Source: an uncultured bacterium (GTDB lineage: Bacteria; CSSED10-310; CAZUFC01). Taken from it: a stretch of 64,000 bases of DNA. Location: assembly GCA_964619725.1 (NCBI GenBank), contig CAZUFC010000022.1, forward strand, positions 15,879-79,878. The letters run 5' to 3'. The notes under the pieces are model-generated. The model searched no databases and was not told the origin of the DNA. It was given only the letters and a program-made list of their open reading frames with translations. Shown here in pieces: positions 11,995 through 21,905 of this stretch (positions within the stretch are counted from its first letter, which is position 1; every line of letters starts with the position of its first letter). Position numbers and translations under genes: made by a program.

Positions 11995-12822
11995 TTGAAA
12001 GGCATAAGCGAATTTGATTACAAATGGCATGAGTCCCGTGAAGCGTTGGGAACGTATGAGCGACTGGCGGAGTTGACCGTTGCGGACATACCGTGGGTAT
12101 CGGCTTTGATTATAGAAACGGAAAGCGGGCGTCGGACGGGAAGCAGAATGGTCATGCCGTTGACGGAGGACCCTGAGCGAAGGCGTGGCGATCCGTTCAT
12201 TTATGATTGTATAATGAAGGCCAGGCGTGCTTATTACGAAGAAGAGCCTGTGCTTGAGGAATATAATTATCGGGGCGAGAGGATCAGCGTTTTTTTTGAA
12301 CCCTTTTCGAGGCGCAAGCGGCTTATCATATTGGGCGCCGGTCATATCAGCCGGGTTTTAAGTTTAACGGCGAGTCTGGCGGGTTTTCGGGTGACTGTGA
12401 TGGATGACCGTGAAGAGTTCGTTCGGCCGGAGTATTTTCCTCATGCAGACGAATTAATGTTGGAAGATTTCAGGACAGGCATACGAAAGATCGAATCGGA
12501 CGGGGACAGTTACTGGGTGGTTGCGACTCGGGGGCATCAGAGCGACGAGGAGTGTCTTGAGGAGTGCATGTTGAAGGATATTTATGCTTATATTGGACTG
12601 TTGTCGAGCCGTAACAAGGGAATAAAAATACGAGAGCGGCTGGAATCGCGCGGGATACCGAAAGAGAAGACGGCGGAGCTTCATTCGCCCATAGGATTGG
12701 AGATAGGCTCGCAAACGCCTGAAGAGATTGCTGTCAGCATCACTGCGGAACTCATCCGCGAGCGAAGCAGCCGCCGGAGAAAATACGGGAATCAGAAAAA
12801 GATAAAGACAGGGAAGGAATAG
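11995..12822 (+). CDS. xdhC: XdhC/CoxF-family Mo-hydroxylase maturation factor
   Basis: LIILGAGHIS, VATRGHxxD, YIGLLSS and SPIGLEIGSQTPEEIAVSI motifs. Confidence 0.9.
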   Translation: MKGISEFDYKWHESREALGTYERLAELTVADIPWVSALIIETESGRRTGSRMVMPLTEDPERRRGDPFIYDCIMKARRAYYEEEPVLEEYNYRGERISVFFEPFSRRKRLIILGAGHISRVLSLTASLAGFRVTVMDDREEFVRPEYFPHADELMLEDFRTGIRKIESDGDSYWVVATRGHQSDEECLEECMLKDIYAYIGLLSSRNKGIKIRERLESRGIPKEKTAELHSPIGLEIGSQTPEEIAVSITAELIRERSSRRRKYGNQKKIKTGKE

Positions 12823-12825
12823 AAC

Positions 12826-13671
12826 ATGAAATATTATGCACCGTCAACGATTGAGGAAGCATTGGAATTAAAGGAAAAATTCAGGGAGGAGGTTGTTCCG
12901 GCTGCTGGAGGCACTGATTTGATGGTGCAATGGTTTGAGCGGCTGAACGATCTGAAGCGGGTGATGAGTTTGAACCGGGTCGCCGGTTTAGAGGTGATAG
13001 AGCGACAGGGCGATTTTATAAATTTAGGGTCTATGGCGACTTTTTCGGAATTAATCCGTTCGCCTCTCATGCAGGAATCAGCGCCTCTTTTGGTGGAGGC
13101 CGTTAAGACTGTCGGTTCAGAGCAGATTCGCAACCGCGGGACCATCGGCGGCAATATAATGAATGCTTCTCCTTCGGCGGACGGCGTGCCGGCTCTAATA
13201 GCGTTGAGAGCAGGAGTGGAACTTAGTTCGCTGTCAGGCGGACGAAAATTTTTGCTGGAAGAACTTTTTACAGGGCCGGGAAAAACTCGGATCGCCTCCA
13301 ACGAAATATTGAATTCGATTAATTTCAAAGTCCAGAGCGATGATGCGCTTTACTTCTATGAAAAGCTCGGACAGCGCAAGGCATTGGCTTGCGCCAAGGT
13401 GACGGTGACGTTCCTCGCTGATATGGCAGCGGGAAAAATGAAGAACGTTTCTCTAGTTCTGGGAGCAGTGGGTCCGACCATCATGAGGGCGGAAGGCGCT
13501 GAGAAGATACTGGAGGGTGAAGGTCCATCGGTAAGTATTTTCAAAGAGGCGGCCAGGGCTGCTTCGGAATGTTGCACCCCCATATCAGACGTCAGATCGA
13601 CCAGGGAATACCGGACGGACATGGTGGAATCGCTTTTAATGAAAGGGTATTACAGGTGCGTAAAAGGATGA
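12826..13671 (+). CDS. Xanthine dehydrogenase-family FAD-binding (CoxM/XdhB-like) subunit
   Basis: AGGTDL, QIRNRGTIGGN, ASPSAD and PISDVRST..YR motifs. Confidence 0.92.
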   Translation: MKYYAPSTIEEALELKEKFREEVVPAAGGTDLMVQWFERLNDLKRVMSLNRVAGLEVIERQGDFINLGSMATFSELIRSPLMQESAPLLVEAVKTVGSEQIRNRGTIGGNIMNASPSADGVPALIALRAGVELSSLSGGRKFLLEELFTGPGKTRIASNEILNSINFKVQSDDALYFYEKLGQRKALACAKVTVTFLADMAAGKMKNVSLVLGAVGPTIMRAEGAEKILEGEGPSVSIFKEAARAASECCTPISDVRSTREYRTDMVESLLMKGYYRCVKG

Positions 13672-14318
13672 TGGCGGGCGTCATATTGTCTGCCGGCAAT
13701 TCGAAGCGCATGGGGTTTCCCAAGGCGCTGCTCGAATGGAGCGGGAAAACCTTTATCGACTTGCTTATCGAAAAATTCAAAGCGTGCGGAGTGGAAGAGC
13801 TGCGCATCGTTCTGGGAAAAACCCATGAACGTCTCATCAGGAAAAAAGCCGAATTAAAAGATGTTGATATCGTGATCAATCCTGATCCTCAATCCGAAAT
13901 GATCGATTCCCTTAAAGCAGCGCTGACCGATATGCCGGAAAATGCCGAGGCGGTCATGATGTCGCCGGTGGACAACCCGACGGTGCCAGTCAATATTATG
14001 AAAAAATTGATCGATGCTTTTCTGAAACACCGGCCGCTTATTTTAAAACCCAGGTTCAAGGACAGAGGCGGGCATCCCGTTATTTTTCATCATTCGTTAA
14101 TTCCCGAATTTTTAGCTTTAAATGACGGCGAAACGGCCCGAACGGTCTTCCGCCGGCATAAAAATGAAACAGAAGAACTTTTGGTGAATTCAGATACTAT
14201 CTTAAATGATTTCGACACAGCGATCGGATATGAGATCGGGCGTCGCAAGTATGAGCGAGGCATGAAGCCTGCAGTTGAGAATCAGAGTTCAAATTTATGG
14301 TTCAGGAGACTCGTATGA
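13668..14318 (+). CDS. mocA: Molybdenum cofactor cytidylyltransferase-like NTP transferase
   Basis: GVILSAGNSKRMGFPKALL, D-x-P and GHPVIF motifs. Start at the ATGA overlap with the upstream stop codon. Confidence 0.8.
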   Translation: MMAGVILSAGNSKRMGFPKALLEWSGKTFIDLLIEKFKACGVEELRIVLGKTHERLIRKKAELKDVDIVINPDPQSEMIDSLKAALTDMPENAEAVMMSPVDNPTVPVNIMKKLIDAFLKHRPLILKPRFKDRGGHPVIFHHSLIPEFLALNDGETARTVFRRHKNETEELLVNSDTILNDFDTAIGYEIGRRKYERGMKPAVENQSSNLWFRRLV

Positions 14319-15259
14319 ACAAAAAAGCAGTAATCGCAGTCGGCGGCAATTCGTTAATCAAAGACAGTTGTCATCAGTGCATCAATGATCAGTATACGGC
14401 TATTGCAGAAACCAGCGTACATATAGCAGAGATCGTTGAAGAAGGATATGAAGTAGTTCTGACTCATGGTAACGGCCCTCAGGTAGGGTTTATTTTATTA
14501 CGTTCCGAACTTTCGAAACATGTCATTCATCCCGTACCGCTGGACTCTTGCGATGCGGATACGCAGGGAGCCATCGGATACGCGTTTCAACAAACGCTGG
14601 GCAATGAATTTTTGCGAAAGAAAATCGACAAGCCCGTCATTACGGTGATAACTCAGGTCGTAGTCGATAAAAACGACGAAGCTTTCAACAATCCCAGCAA
14701 GCCGATAGGACCTTTTTACAGCCTGGAAGATGCCGAGATGCATCGAAAAGAGGACAAATGGGATATTGTGGAAGATTCGGGCAGAGGCTACCGCCGCGTC
14801 GTTGCTTCTCCTTTTCCGCAGGAAATCGTTGAGGAATCCGTTATCACAGGACTGATCAACAGCGGCGTGGTCGTAATAGCGGTCGGAGGAGGCGGCATAC
14901 CTGTAATCAGGAATCCGGACGGAACTCTCAAAGGCGTCGAAGCCGTCATTGACAAGGACCATGCTTCAAGCTTGCTGGCGAGTAATATTAAGGCTGATAC
15001 CTTCATCATCTCTACTGCAGTGGAAAAGGTGTACCTTAATTACAGCTCATCTGATCAGAAAGCTTTAGATGAAATGACCGTCAAGGACGCAGAACGGTTC
15101 ATCCGGCAAGGACATTTTAAACCAGGGAGCATGCTGCCCAAAATCAAAGCTGCTGTCGCCTTTCTGAAAAACGGCGGACGACAGGTCATCATAACCAAGC
15201 CTGAAGCCCTCCTGTCGTCAGTCAAGGGCGAAACGGGCACCCGCATCGTAAGCGATTGA
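14315..15259 (+). CDS. arcC: Carbamate kinase
   Basis: AVGGNSL, THGNGPQVG, GYRRVVASP, VIDKD and GSMLPKI motifs; ATGA overlap at the start. Confidence 0.96.
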   Translation: MNKKAVIAVGGNSLIKDSCHQCINDQYTAIAETSVHIAEIVEEGYEVVLTHGNGPQVGFILLRSELSKHVIHPVPLDSCDADTQGAIGYAFQQTLGNEFLRKKIDKPVITVITQVVVDKNDEAFNNPSKPIGPFYSLEDAEMHRKEDKWDIVEDSGRGYRRVVASPFPQEIVEESVITGLINSGVVVIAVGGGGIPVIRNPDGTLKGVEAVIDKDHASSLLASNIKADTFIISTAVEKVYLNYSSSDQKALDEMTVKDAERFIRQGHFKPGSMLPKIKAAVAFLKNGGRQVIITKPEALLSSVKGETGTRIVSD

Positions 15260-15363
15260 AAGAAAAACCGTTGTCTGGCCGCCCGGCAGCGCCCTGATCG
15301 GCCCTTTAACGACCTTATACCCGATTAGAAGGTTAAATAAAAATTGAATAAAGGAGCTTGAAA

Positions 15364-16644
15364 ATGAAAAATGCGACTGTATTTCGTTGCGTATCATGCC
15401 TTCATGAACACGAATTATCGGAATCTCTATACGTTTGCCCAAAATGCGGCGGCAATCTCGATTTATTGTATGATTATGCAAAGGTGAAATCGCAGTTAAA
15501 CAAAAATTCACTGGCGGAAAATAAACGGATGGATATCTGGAGATATGCGCCTCTTTTGCCTGTAGATGATATAAAAAATGTTACCCCCCTGGCGGTGGGG
15601 TGGAGCCCTCTCTATCATGCTGAATCGCTGGGAAAAAAATATGGTCTCAATAACGTTTACATCAAAGACGACGGTCGTAATCCCAGCGCATCGTTCAAGG
15701 ACAGGGCCAGCGCTGCGGCGCTTGTGAGGGCGGTCGAAACTGGTTCAGATATTGTAATAGCAGCATCGACAGGTAACGCCGGATGTTCGATGGCATGTCT
15801 CTCGGCAAGCATTGACATGCCGGCGGTCATTTTCGTTCCCAAGTCCGCTCCGCAGGCGAAAATCGCACAATTGCTGATATTCGGCGCGGAAGTCGTAGCA
15901 GTAGAGGGAACGTATGACGATGCCTTCGATTTGTGCCTGAACGTCACTTCAGAATTCGGATGGTACAATCGAAACACGGGTTTCAATCCTTACACGAGAG
16001 AAGGCAAAAAGACCTGCGCCTTTGAAATTTGTGAACAGATGAACTGGGAAGCTCCCGATTATATCCTGGTCTCAGTCGGCGACGGCAACATCATCAGCGG
16101 TTTCTGGAAAGGTTTGCGGGATTTAAAGGAAATAGGGCTCATAGAAAAAATGCCCCGCCTGATCGCTGTCCAGTCCGACAAAAGCAATGCTGTAGCCCTC
16201 ACAGTAGAAAAATTGAAGAAAAACGGCATCAAAGTGAAACATAACGAACCCTTCCCCGCTGAAATGGAAACCGTCCAGGCCACCACCATCGCTGACAGCA
16301 TCTCTGTGGATGACCCACGTGACGGCATTTCTGCCGTCAGGGCCGTCATGGAAACCGGAGGCGACGCGGTCCAGGTGTCCGACCAGGAAATATTGAATGC
16401 CGTGAGAATCTGCGGCGCCCAATGCGGCGTCTTTGCCGAACCCAGCGCCGCCGCCGTAGTAGCAGGCTTGAAAAATATGGCTGTTTCGGGAAAATTCAAC
16501 GAAAACGATAAAATAGTATGCCTTATCTCCGGCAACGGCCTAAAAGACGTCCCCGCCGCCATGAAAGTCGCAGGCTCACCACACATCATCAATCCCGATC
16601 TGAATGAATTTAAAAAACTGAAGCTGAGGGACAGCGGACTCTAA
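15364..16644 (+). CDS. thrC: Threonine synthase-like PLP enzyme with an N-terminal zinc ribbon
   Basis: CxxC...CPxC ribbon, NPSASFKDR (PLP lysine), ASTGNAG, EGKKT and SGNGLKD motifs. Confidence 0.8.
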   Translation: MKNATVFRCVSCLHEHELSESLYVCPKCGGNLDLLYDYAKVKSQLNKNSLAENKRMDIWRYAPLLPVDDIKNVTPLAVGWSPLYHAESLGKKYGLNNVYIKDDGRNPSASFKDRASAAALVRAVETGSDIVIAASTGNAGCSMACLSASIDMPAVIFVPKSAPQAKIAQLLIFGAEVVAVEGTYDDAFDLCLNVTSEFGWYNRNTGFNPYTREGKKTCAFEICEQMNWEAPDYILVSVGDGNIISGFWKGLRDLKEIGLIEKMPRLIAVQSDKSNAVALTVEKLKKNGIKVKHNEPFPAEMETVQATTIADSISVDDPRDGISAVRAVMETGGDAVQVSDQEILNAVRICGAQCGVFAEPSAAAVVAGLKNMAVSGKFNENDKIVCLISGNGLKDVPAAMKVAGSPHIINPDLNEFKKLKLRDSGL

Positions 16645-16656
16645 AATACGGTCAAC

Positions 16657-16887
16657 CAGCCAGGGGGTCCAGCCAGGGGGTCAGAGCCCTTCGCAAACCC
16701 TCTGAATTCCGTTCTTGCTTCAGCCGTATGATCACTGACGCCCGCTGCACGAAAACATTAAAACCATTGATCCAACAGGGGCAGCCAGGGGGTCAGAGCC
16801 CTTCGCAAACCCTCTGAATTCCGTTCTTGCTTCAGCCGTATGATCACTGACGCCCCCTGCACGAATATATTAAAACCATTAACCCAA
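16657..16887. repeat. 112-bp tandem duplication carrying two REP-like motifs, plus a 13-bp stutter
   Basis: CAGCCAGGGGGTCAGAGCCCTTCGCAAACCCTCTGAATTCC... starts at both 16670 and 16782; CAGCCAGGGGGTC is doubled at 16657-16682. Confidence 0.95.
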
Positions 16888-17089
16888 AAATAACCCCAAA
16901 AGCCCCTGACACCTATAGCCGCTCAATCATCCATCCTTCCAACAACGCCTTCGTCCACTCGCCCACTCTTCCAATTTTCCTCCCTTCCGGGTTTATTTTT
17001 TCGAGAATATATTGTAAGTAAAAAGGTACTTGCCGTATCGAAACGACGAGTGTGCGGAACATAATAAGTAATTTGGAAGGGAGCGGATA

Positions 17090-18034
17090 ATGAAGAATTT
17101 ATTTTGCATTCACTTCATTGCATTATTTCTTTTAACGTGTTTTTGTCAGTCCGGCATGTTGAGCGCCGCCCGCGCAGATGTGTGCAGCAACAAGCCGGGG
17201 ATTGAATCCGAAGAGGATACAGCTTTTGCTTCGAGGTTTTCGACGGGTTCTCCCACGCCCAGTCCGACGCCAGTTCCGGGAACCTCGACGCCTACTCCAT
17301 TCGCTCAGTTGGAGCTTTTTCTGATGGACAACGATTATGATTCCGGTTATACCGATTTTGCCGTTATGTGTGATCCTGAAGATATCGAGATCGAGTTGGG
17401 ATATTTTTGTCCCACGGATTGTGTTCCGTCTGACGACACGACCGTCGGATGGGCTTTTGGCGGGGTTGATATAGGCATGCACTGGCAGTATTACGTTACG
17501 GAGCCTATTACGCTTCAATGCACGAGAGACATTCATTTCGATTTATGTTACGGATATGACGGCTGGAGCACTCACATGGTCGCTGATTTTTATGTCTACT
17601 GGCGTTGCGCGGACAATCACTACACGGTGGGATGCGACTCCATGACCGAATTCGGCCCTACAGGTTACTGGACGCCGGCCTGGAGCGACGTCGGCGTCGA
17701 CTGGCCTCTCGAATGCACCAGCCGTTCCGTATCAGGCTGGAAAATAATGCTCCCGTGCGGTTGCGATACCATTGAACTGATGATTGCGGTTCATTTCGAC
17801 GGTTTCGGCGATTATTACGGCATACGACACTTTCGCGTCTACCATAATTTGATGGAAATGCAGTGCGGTCCCGGTTTCAGAAATTGCGGAACGCCGGCCA
17901 CCGCCACTCCCGATCCTACGCCGACGGTCACTCCACAACCCATTCCCGCAACGGACGCTCGAGGTCTTCTGCCGCTTTTACTTTTATCAGGTATTCTCTT
18001 ATGGGTATGGACGAAAAAACGCAACCCCTGTTAA
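17090..18034 (+). CDS. Secreted Cys/aromatic-rich protein with Pro/Thr linkers and an IPTL-CTERM-like C-terminal anchor
   Basis: Signal peptide, two PT linkers, and a tail of PIPATDARG + hydrophobic helix + KKR. Confidence 0.8.
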   Translation: MKNLFCIHFIALFLLTCFCQSGMLSAARADVCSNKPGIESEEDTAFASRFSTGSPTPSPTPVPGTSTPTPFAQLELFLMDNDYDSGYTDFAVMCDPEDIEIELGYFCPTDCVPSDDTTVGWAFGGVDIGMHWQYYVTEPITLQCTRDIHFDLCYGYDGWSTHMVADFYVYWRCADNHYTVGCDSMTEFGPTGYWTPAWSDVGVDWPLECTSRSVSGWKIMLPCGCDTIELMIAVHFDGFGDYYGIRHFRVYHNLMEMQCGPGFRNCGTPATATPDPTPTVTPQPIPATDARGLLPLLLLSGILLWVWTKKRNPC

Positions 18035-18381
18035 AAACTATACTCATCCCCCCCGGACCGGCAACTAGTTTTTGTCCATAAGGTGATTTTTATGAACAGA
18101 CAAATCAGAAAAATGCTGCATGGGAAATCGGATTCGATAATCATTTTGTAATATCTGCGGTAACTTTTTCAAAAAAGGAATTTGAAGAAGGTCCATGCTC
18201 CGTAAGTCCATTGGTCAAAACAAGTCATAAAGAGGATGTAGCGGTTTGAACATAGTAAGCACACTCTTATCAAATATTTAACGGGAAAAATGTCTGCCGC
18301 CTCTTGACATATTAAAAGGAATCGGATAGAAAAAACGGATTTCGTCGCAGGGATACAGGAATTCCAAAGGAGGCGATAACC

Positions 18382-19845
18382 ATGATAGACCTGACGATTA
18401 ACGAGGAGCAGCTTGAGCGCACTGTGAAGCGGGCTCGAGAGCGAGAGATCATCATTCCCACATTTAAGCAGCAGAAGGATCCGACGCTTATTCCTGACAA
18501 GATCAAGGAAAAGCTTAAGAACATAGGATTATGGGACGTCAATTCTTATAATTTATTCAGGATAACGTGGAAGAACGAGCCGAAACCGAAAGGCGGTTTG
18601 TACGGCGGCGTGAACTGGCTTGAGATACCGAGCGCCATTTCCGGGGTGGAAGCCCGGATCATCACATTGGTGGGGAAATGGTTTCCGACGGGGTCTCACA
18701 AGGTCGGGGCCACATTCGGGTGTCTGGTCCCCCGTCTGATAACGGGACAGTTTGATCCGACGTATCAAAAGGCTGTATGGCCATCGACGGGTAATTATTG
18801 TCGAGGCGGAGCGTATGATTCTTCGCTGATGGCATGCGAATCCATCGCCATTTTGCCTGAAGAGATGAGCCGGGAGCGTTTTGAATGGTTGGAGACGGTT
18901 GCGGGTGAAGTCATTGCTACGCCCGGATGCGAGAGCAATGTAAAGGAAATCTACGACAAGTGCTGGGAATTGCGGAGAACCAGGGAAGACATCGTCATTT
19001 TCAACCAGTTTGACGAATTCGGCAATCATCTGTGGCATTACGACGTGACGGGACACGCCATGGAGGAAACGCTGCAGGAGATCATGAGCAACAAAGATCG
19101 ATGCGCAGGCGTTGTTTTGACTTCGGGCTCGTCCGGAACCATGGGCTGCGGCGATTACATCAAGGACATTTTCCCGGCGGCCAAGATCGCTGTCGGTGAG
19201 GCTCTGCAATGTCCCACATTGCTTTTGAACGGGTTTGGAGGACACAGGATTGAGGGTATCGGAGACAAGCATGTGCCCTGGATTCATAACGTAAGGAATA
19301 CTGATCTGGTGATGGCGATTGACGATGAACCGTGCATGAACATCGTTCGGTTGTTTAACGAACCGGCTGGTCAGAGATATCTGGTTGAGCAGGGCCTGGA
19401 TGAAAAGTTCGTCGAAAATCTCCCACTGTTCGGCATTTCCAGCATCGCCAATATGCTGATGGCCATTAAATTCGCTAAATATTACGAATTGGGTCATAAC
19501 GACATCGTTCTCACCGTATTCACCGATTCCATGGAACTTTACGGCAGCAGGCTGCACGAATTGAGAGAAAAATACGGGGAATATACGGAGAAAGATGCCG
19601 TCAGGGATTACAATCAGTTTCTGATGGGCTTGACGATCGACAACATGCTCGAATGCAATTTTTACGACCGTAAAAGAATCCACAACCTGAAATATTACAC
19701 CTGGATCGAACAGCAGCAGCGTAAAGTGGAAGACTTGAACGCTCAATGGTACGATTTTCCCGATTACTGGGACAACGTGCATGGTCAGACGGATGAAATT
19801 GACGAATTAATTATGGAATTCAACAAGAAAGTCGGACTTTTATAA
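18382..19845 (+). CDS. PLP-dependent enzyme (fold type II, cysteine synthase/TrpB-like)
   Basis: FPTGSHKVGA (PLP lysine), PSTGNYCRGG, GSSGT and HRIEGIG motifs; GGAGG RBS. Confidence 0.85.
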   Translation: MIDLTINEEQLERTVKRAREREIIIPTFKQQKDPTLIPDKIKEKLKNIGLWDVNSYNLFRITWKNEPKPKGGLYGGVNWLEIPSAISGVEARIITLVGKWFPTGSHKVGATFGCLVPRLITGQFDPTYQKAVWPSTGNYCRGGAYDSSLMACESIAILPEEMSRERFEWLETVAGEVIATPGCESNVKEIYDKCWELRRTREDIVIFNQFDEFGNHLWHYDVTGHAMEETLQEIMSNKDRCAGVVLTSGSSGTMGCGDYIKDIFPAAKIAVGEALQCPTLLLNGFGGHRIEGIGDKHVPWIHNVRNTDLVMAIDDEPCMNIVRLFNEPAGQRYLVEQGLDEKFVENLPLFGISSIANMLMAIKFAKYYELGHNDIVLTVFTDSMELYGSRLHELREKYGEYTEKDAVRDYNQFLMGLTIDNMLECNFYDRKRIHNLKYYTWIEQQQRKVEDLNAQWYDFPDYWDNVHGQTDEIDELIMEFNKKVGLL

Positions 19846-19857
19846 TGGAGGTTTAAA

Positions 19858-20811
19858 ATGAGGAGTTTTTTAGGCAGAGATATACTGTCATTGAAGAATA
19901 TAAACAGGGGCGAATTTTTCAGGATTTTTGAGATTTGCAACAGGTTTGCGCCTATTGCCAGAGACAGGAAGAATACTGATTTGCTCGCAGAGAAAACGTT
20001 ATTGACAGCTTTTTATCAGCCGAGCACCCGAACAAGAATGTCTACGGAAGCAGCCATGCACAGGTTGGGCGGCCATGTCCTCGGTTTCTCCGATTTCAAA
20101 ATGACCCGTGCGGGCGATTTTTACCAGGAATCAATCAAGGACACGATTTACATGCTGGAGTATTATGCTGACGTAATAGCCATGCGGCATTTCATGCAGG
20201 GAGCGCCGCAGGAAGCGGCCAAATGGTCCTCCGTTCCGATCATCAATTGCGGAGACGGATGGGGAGAGCATCCCACGCAGGTTTTGACGGATTTATACAC
20301 GATTTACACGGAAAAAGGCCGCCTGGACGACCTTAATTACCTCTGCGTAGGCGATATGCGCATGCGCACCATGCATTCCATAGGTTACGCCCTGACCCAG
20401 TTCGACGTGGAAGCTCAATTCGTTTCCCCCCCGGAAATGTCATTGGGCGATGACCTCAAGAAGGAATGGAACGATCTGAATCTTCGTTTTAAAGAGCTGG
20501 AGCATGTCGAGCAGGGGATAGCGGATGCCGACATTATCTACGTTGAACCGGTGGTGCAGGCCGATTACACCAAATCCAGGGTAGAAGCCGACGAAAAGAA
20601 AGGAAGAACCCCGGATAATTACAAAATAACGCTGGACCTCATCAAAAAGAAGGCGAAGTCAGACGTTATAGTCCTGCATTCTCTTCCCAGAATGGATGAA
20701 TTGACTCCTGACGTGGACCATACCCGTCACGCCAGGTACTGGACTGAAGCTTTCAACGGCGTAGTTCTGAGGATGGCATTATTGGCCCTGGTTCTCGGCG
20801 CCGTCGAATAA
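19858..20811 (+). CDS. Aspartate/ornithine carbamoyltransferase-family protein of uncertain substrate
   Basis: STRTR, HPTQ and HSLPR motifs present; the aspartate-specific R-x-Q-x-ER motif is replaced by EPVVQ. Confidence 0.88.
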   Translation: MRSFLGRDILSLKNINRGEFFRIFEICNRFAPIARDRKNTDLLAEKTLLTAFYQPSTRTRMSTEAAMHRLGGHVLGFSDFKMTRAGDFYQESIKDTIYMLEYYADVIAMRHFMQGAPQEAAKWSSVPIINCGDGWGEHPTQVLTDLYTIYTEKGRLDDLNYLCVGDMRMRTMHSIGYALTQFDVEAQFVSPPEMSLGDDLKKEWNDLNLRFKELEHVEQGIADADIIYVEPVVQADYTKSRVEADEKKGRTPDNYKITLDLIKKKAKSDVIVLHSLPRMDELTPDVDHTRHARYWTEAFNGVVLRMALLALVLGAVE

Positions 20812-20833
20812 AAATCGAATAAAATAAAAGATC

Positions 20834-20894
20834 GGCTGCGTCTCTTAAGTCCAATACGAATCGACTTTTTTTTTCGATCGGATGAGATGCAGCC
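20834..20894. terminator. Long hairpin between convergent genes (possible bidirectional terminator)
   Basis: GGCTGCGTCTC (20834) pairs with GAGATGCAGCC (20884-20894). Confidence 0.45.
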
Positions 20895-20924
20895 TTACTT
20901 TGTACCCGGTTTTTCCAGAAAAGT

Positions 20925-21507
20925 TCAGTTTTTATTTAAAATCAGCCGACGCAAGCTGAATAGAGCAAGAGAAATCAGGATTACGGATATTATTTTGCCT
21001 GAATGATTCAATGCGGGAATCGGCGGGGGGACAGGCGTGTTTGTCGGTTCAGGCGTAGTGGAAGGTGTAGAAGTGCAGGTTGCGGTAGGAGTTTTCGTGG
21101 GCGTCGGAGTAATGGTTGGAGATGACGTCGGCGTGGGTGACGGAAGGAGTGATGCGCCGTAATGAAAACCTATGTCTGCAACGCCTGAGTCGACAGCTTC
21201 ATCGGTCCTGGTCCATAGATTATTCATGCATGTTTCTCCGTTAGGACCTTCAAAACAGATATTTGCAGCCTGATCGCTTCCTGTATCGATGCATGGACTG
21301 TCATCAGCTTGCCCGGATGACTGCTGACTCAGATAAAAATCGCCTTCCGGGCCTGTTGCGATCAGCAACAAGAACCGTGTCGCCGCCCAAAGCCGCATCA
21401 ATTCCCTCCTGTATCGTAGGTTGATTGCCGGGAACGTGAATAATGCCGCCCGATGATGTTACCGTTAAAAAGATTAATAATGCCGCTGAAACCAACGAAA
21501 ATCTCAT
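20925..21507 (-). pseudogene. Internally deleted, frameshifted parallel beta-helix-type surface protein with an IPTL-CTERM-like tail
   Basis: ATG at 21507 behind GGAGGAG gives a signal peptide + IHVPGNQPTIQEGIDAALGGDTVLVA. This joins out of frame near 21360 to ATGPEGDFYLSQ...SPCIDTG, a PT linker and PIPALNHSG-TM-RR. Confidence 0.75.
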
Positions 21508-21539
21508 AACTCCTCCCGCGTATAATAAGAATGCCATAA

Positions 21540-21735
21540 AACCGCACTCGAATGCAATCTCAGTAATAGTTTTGCCCGGATTACCGATGAGCTTGGTCGC
21601 AGCTTTTTCCGCTCTCACCCTCTGTATATGCCTGGTCAGAGTCTCACCCGCCATGGCGCTGAAAATCCGATGAAAATGATAGCGTGAAAAATTAGCCGCT
21701 CCCGCAAGAACCTCCAATATAAGAACTCTTGACAT
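21540..21735 (-). pseudogene. AraC-family regulator fragment (HTH region only)
   Basis: LAGAANFSRYHFHRIFSAMAGET...RAEKAA...ITEIAFECGF, truncated in the second HTH. Confidence 0.8.
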
Positions 21736-21905
21736 ACCCTAGTCAACCAATTGATTTTAATAGATTTTTACTCTCACTAAATCGGCAAAATTATTGTGAA
21801 ATATTTTTGGATTTCACGACAAGCAATATTGATATGATTTGAACCGTGATCCGTTTTCATCAAAAAAATTCACAATTCTTTTCAGGCACATTGTCAGGAG
21901 CTCAG

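Noticed and set aside
18553-19782. 409-aa antisense ORF (also 5417-6427 and similar shadow ORFs)
   Set aside because: It lies opposite a well-supported gene and has no recognisable motifs; typical shadow ORF.
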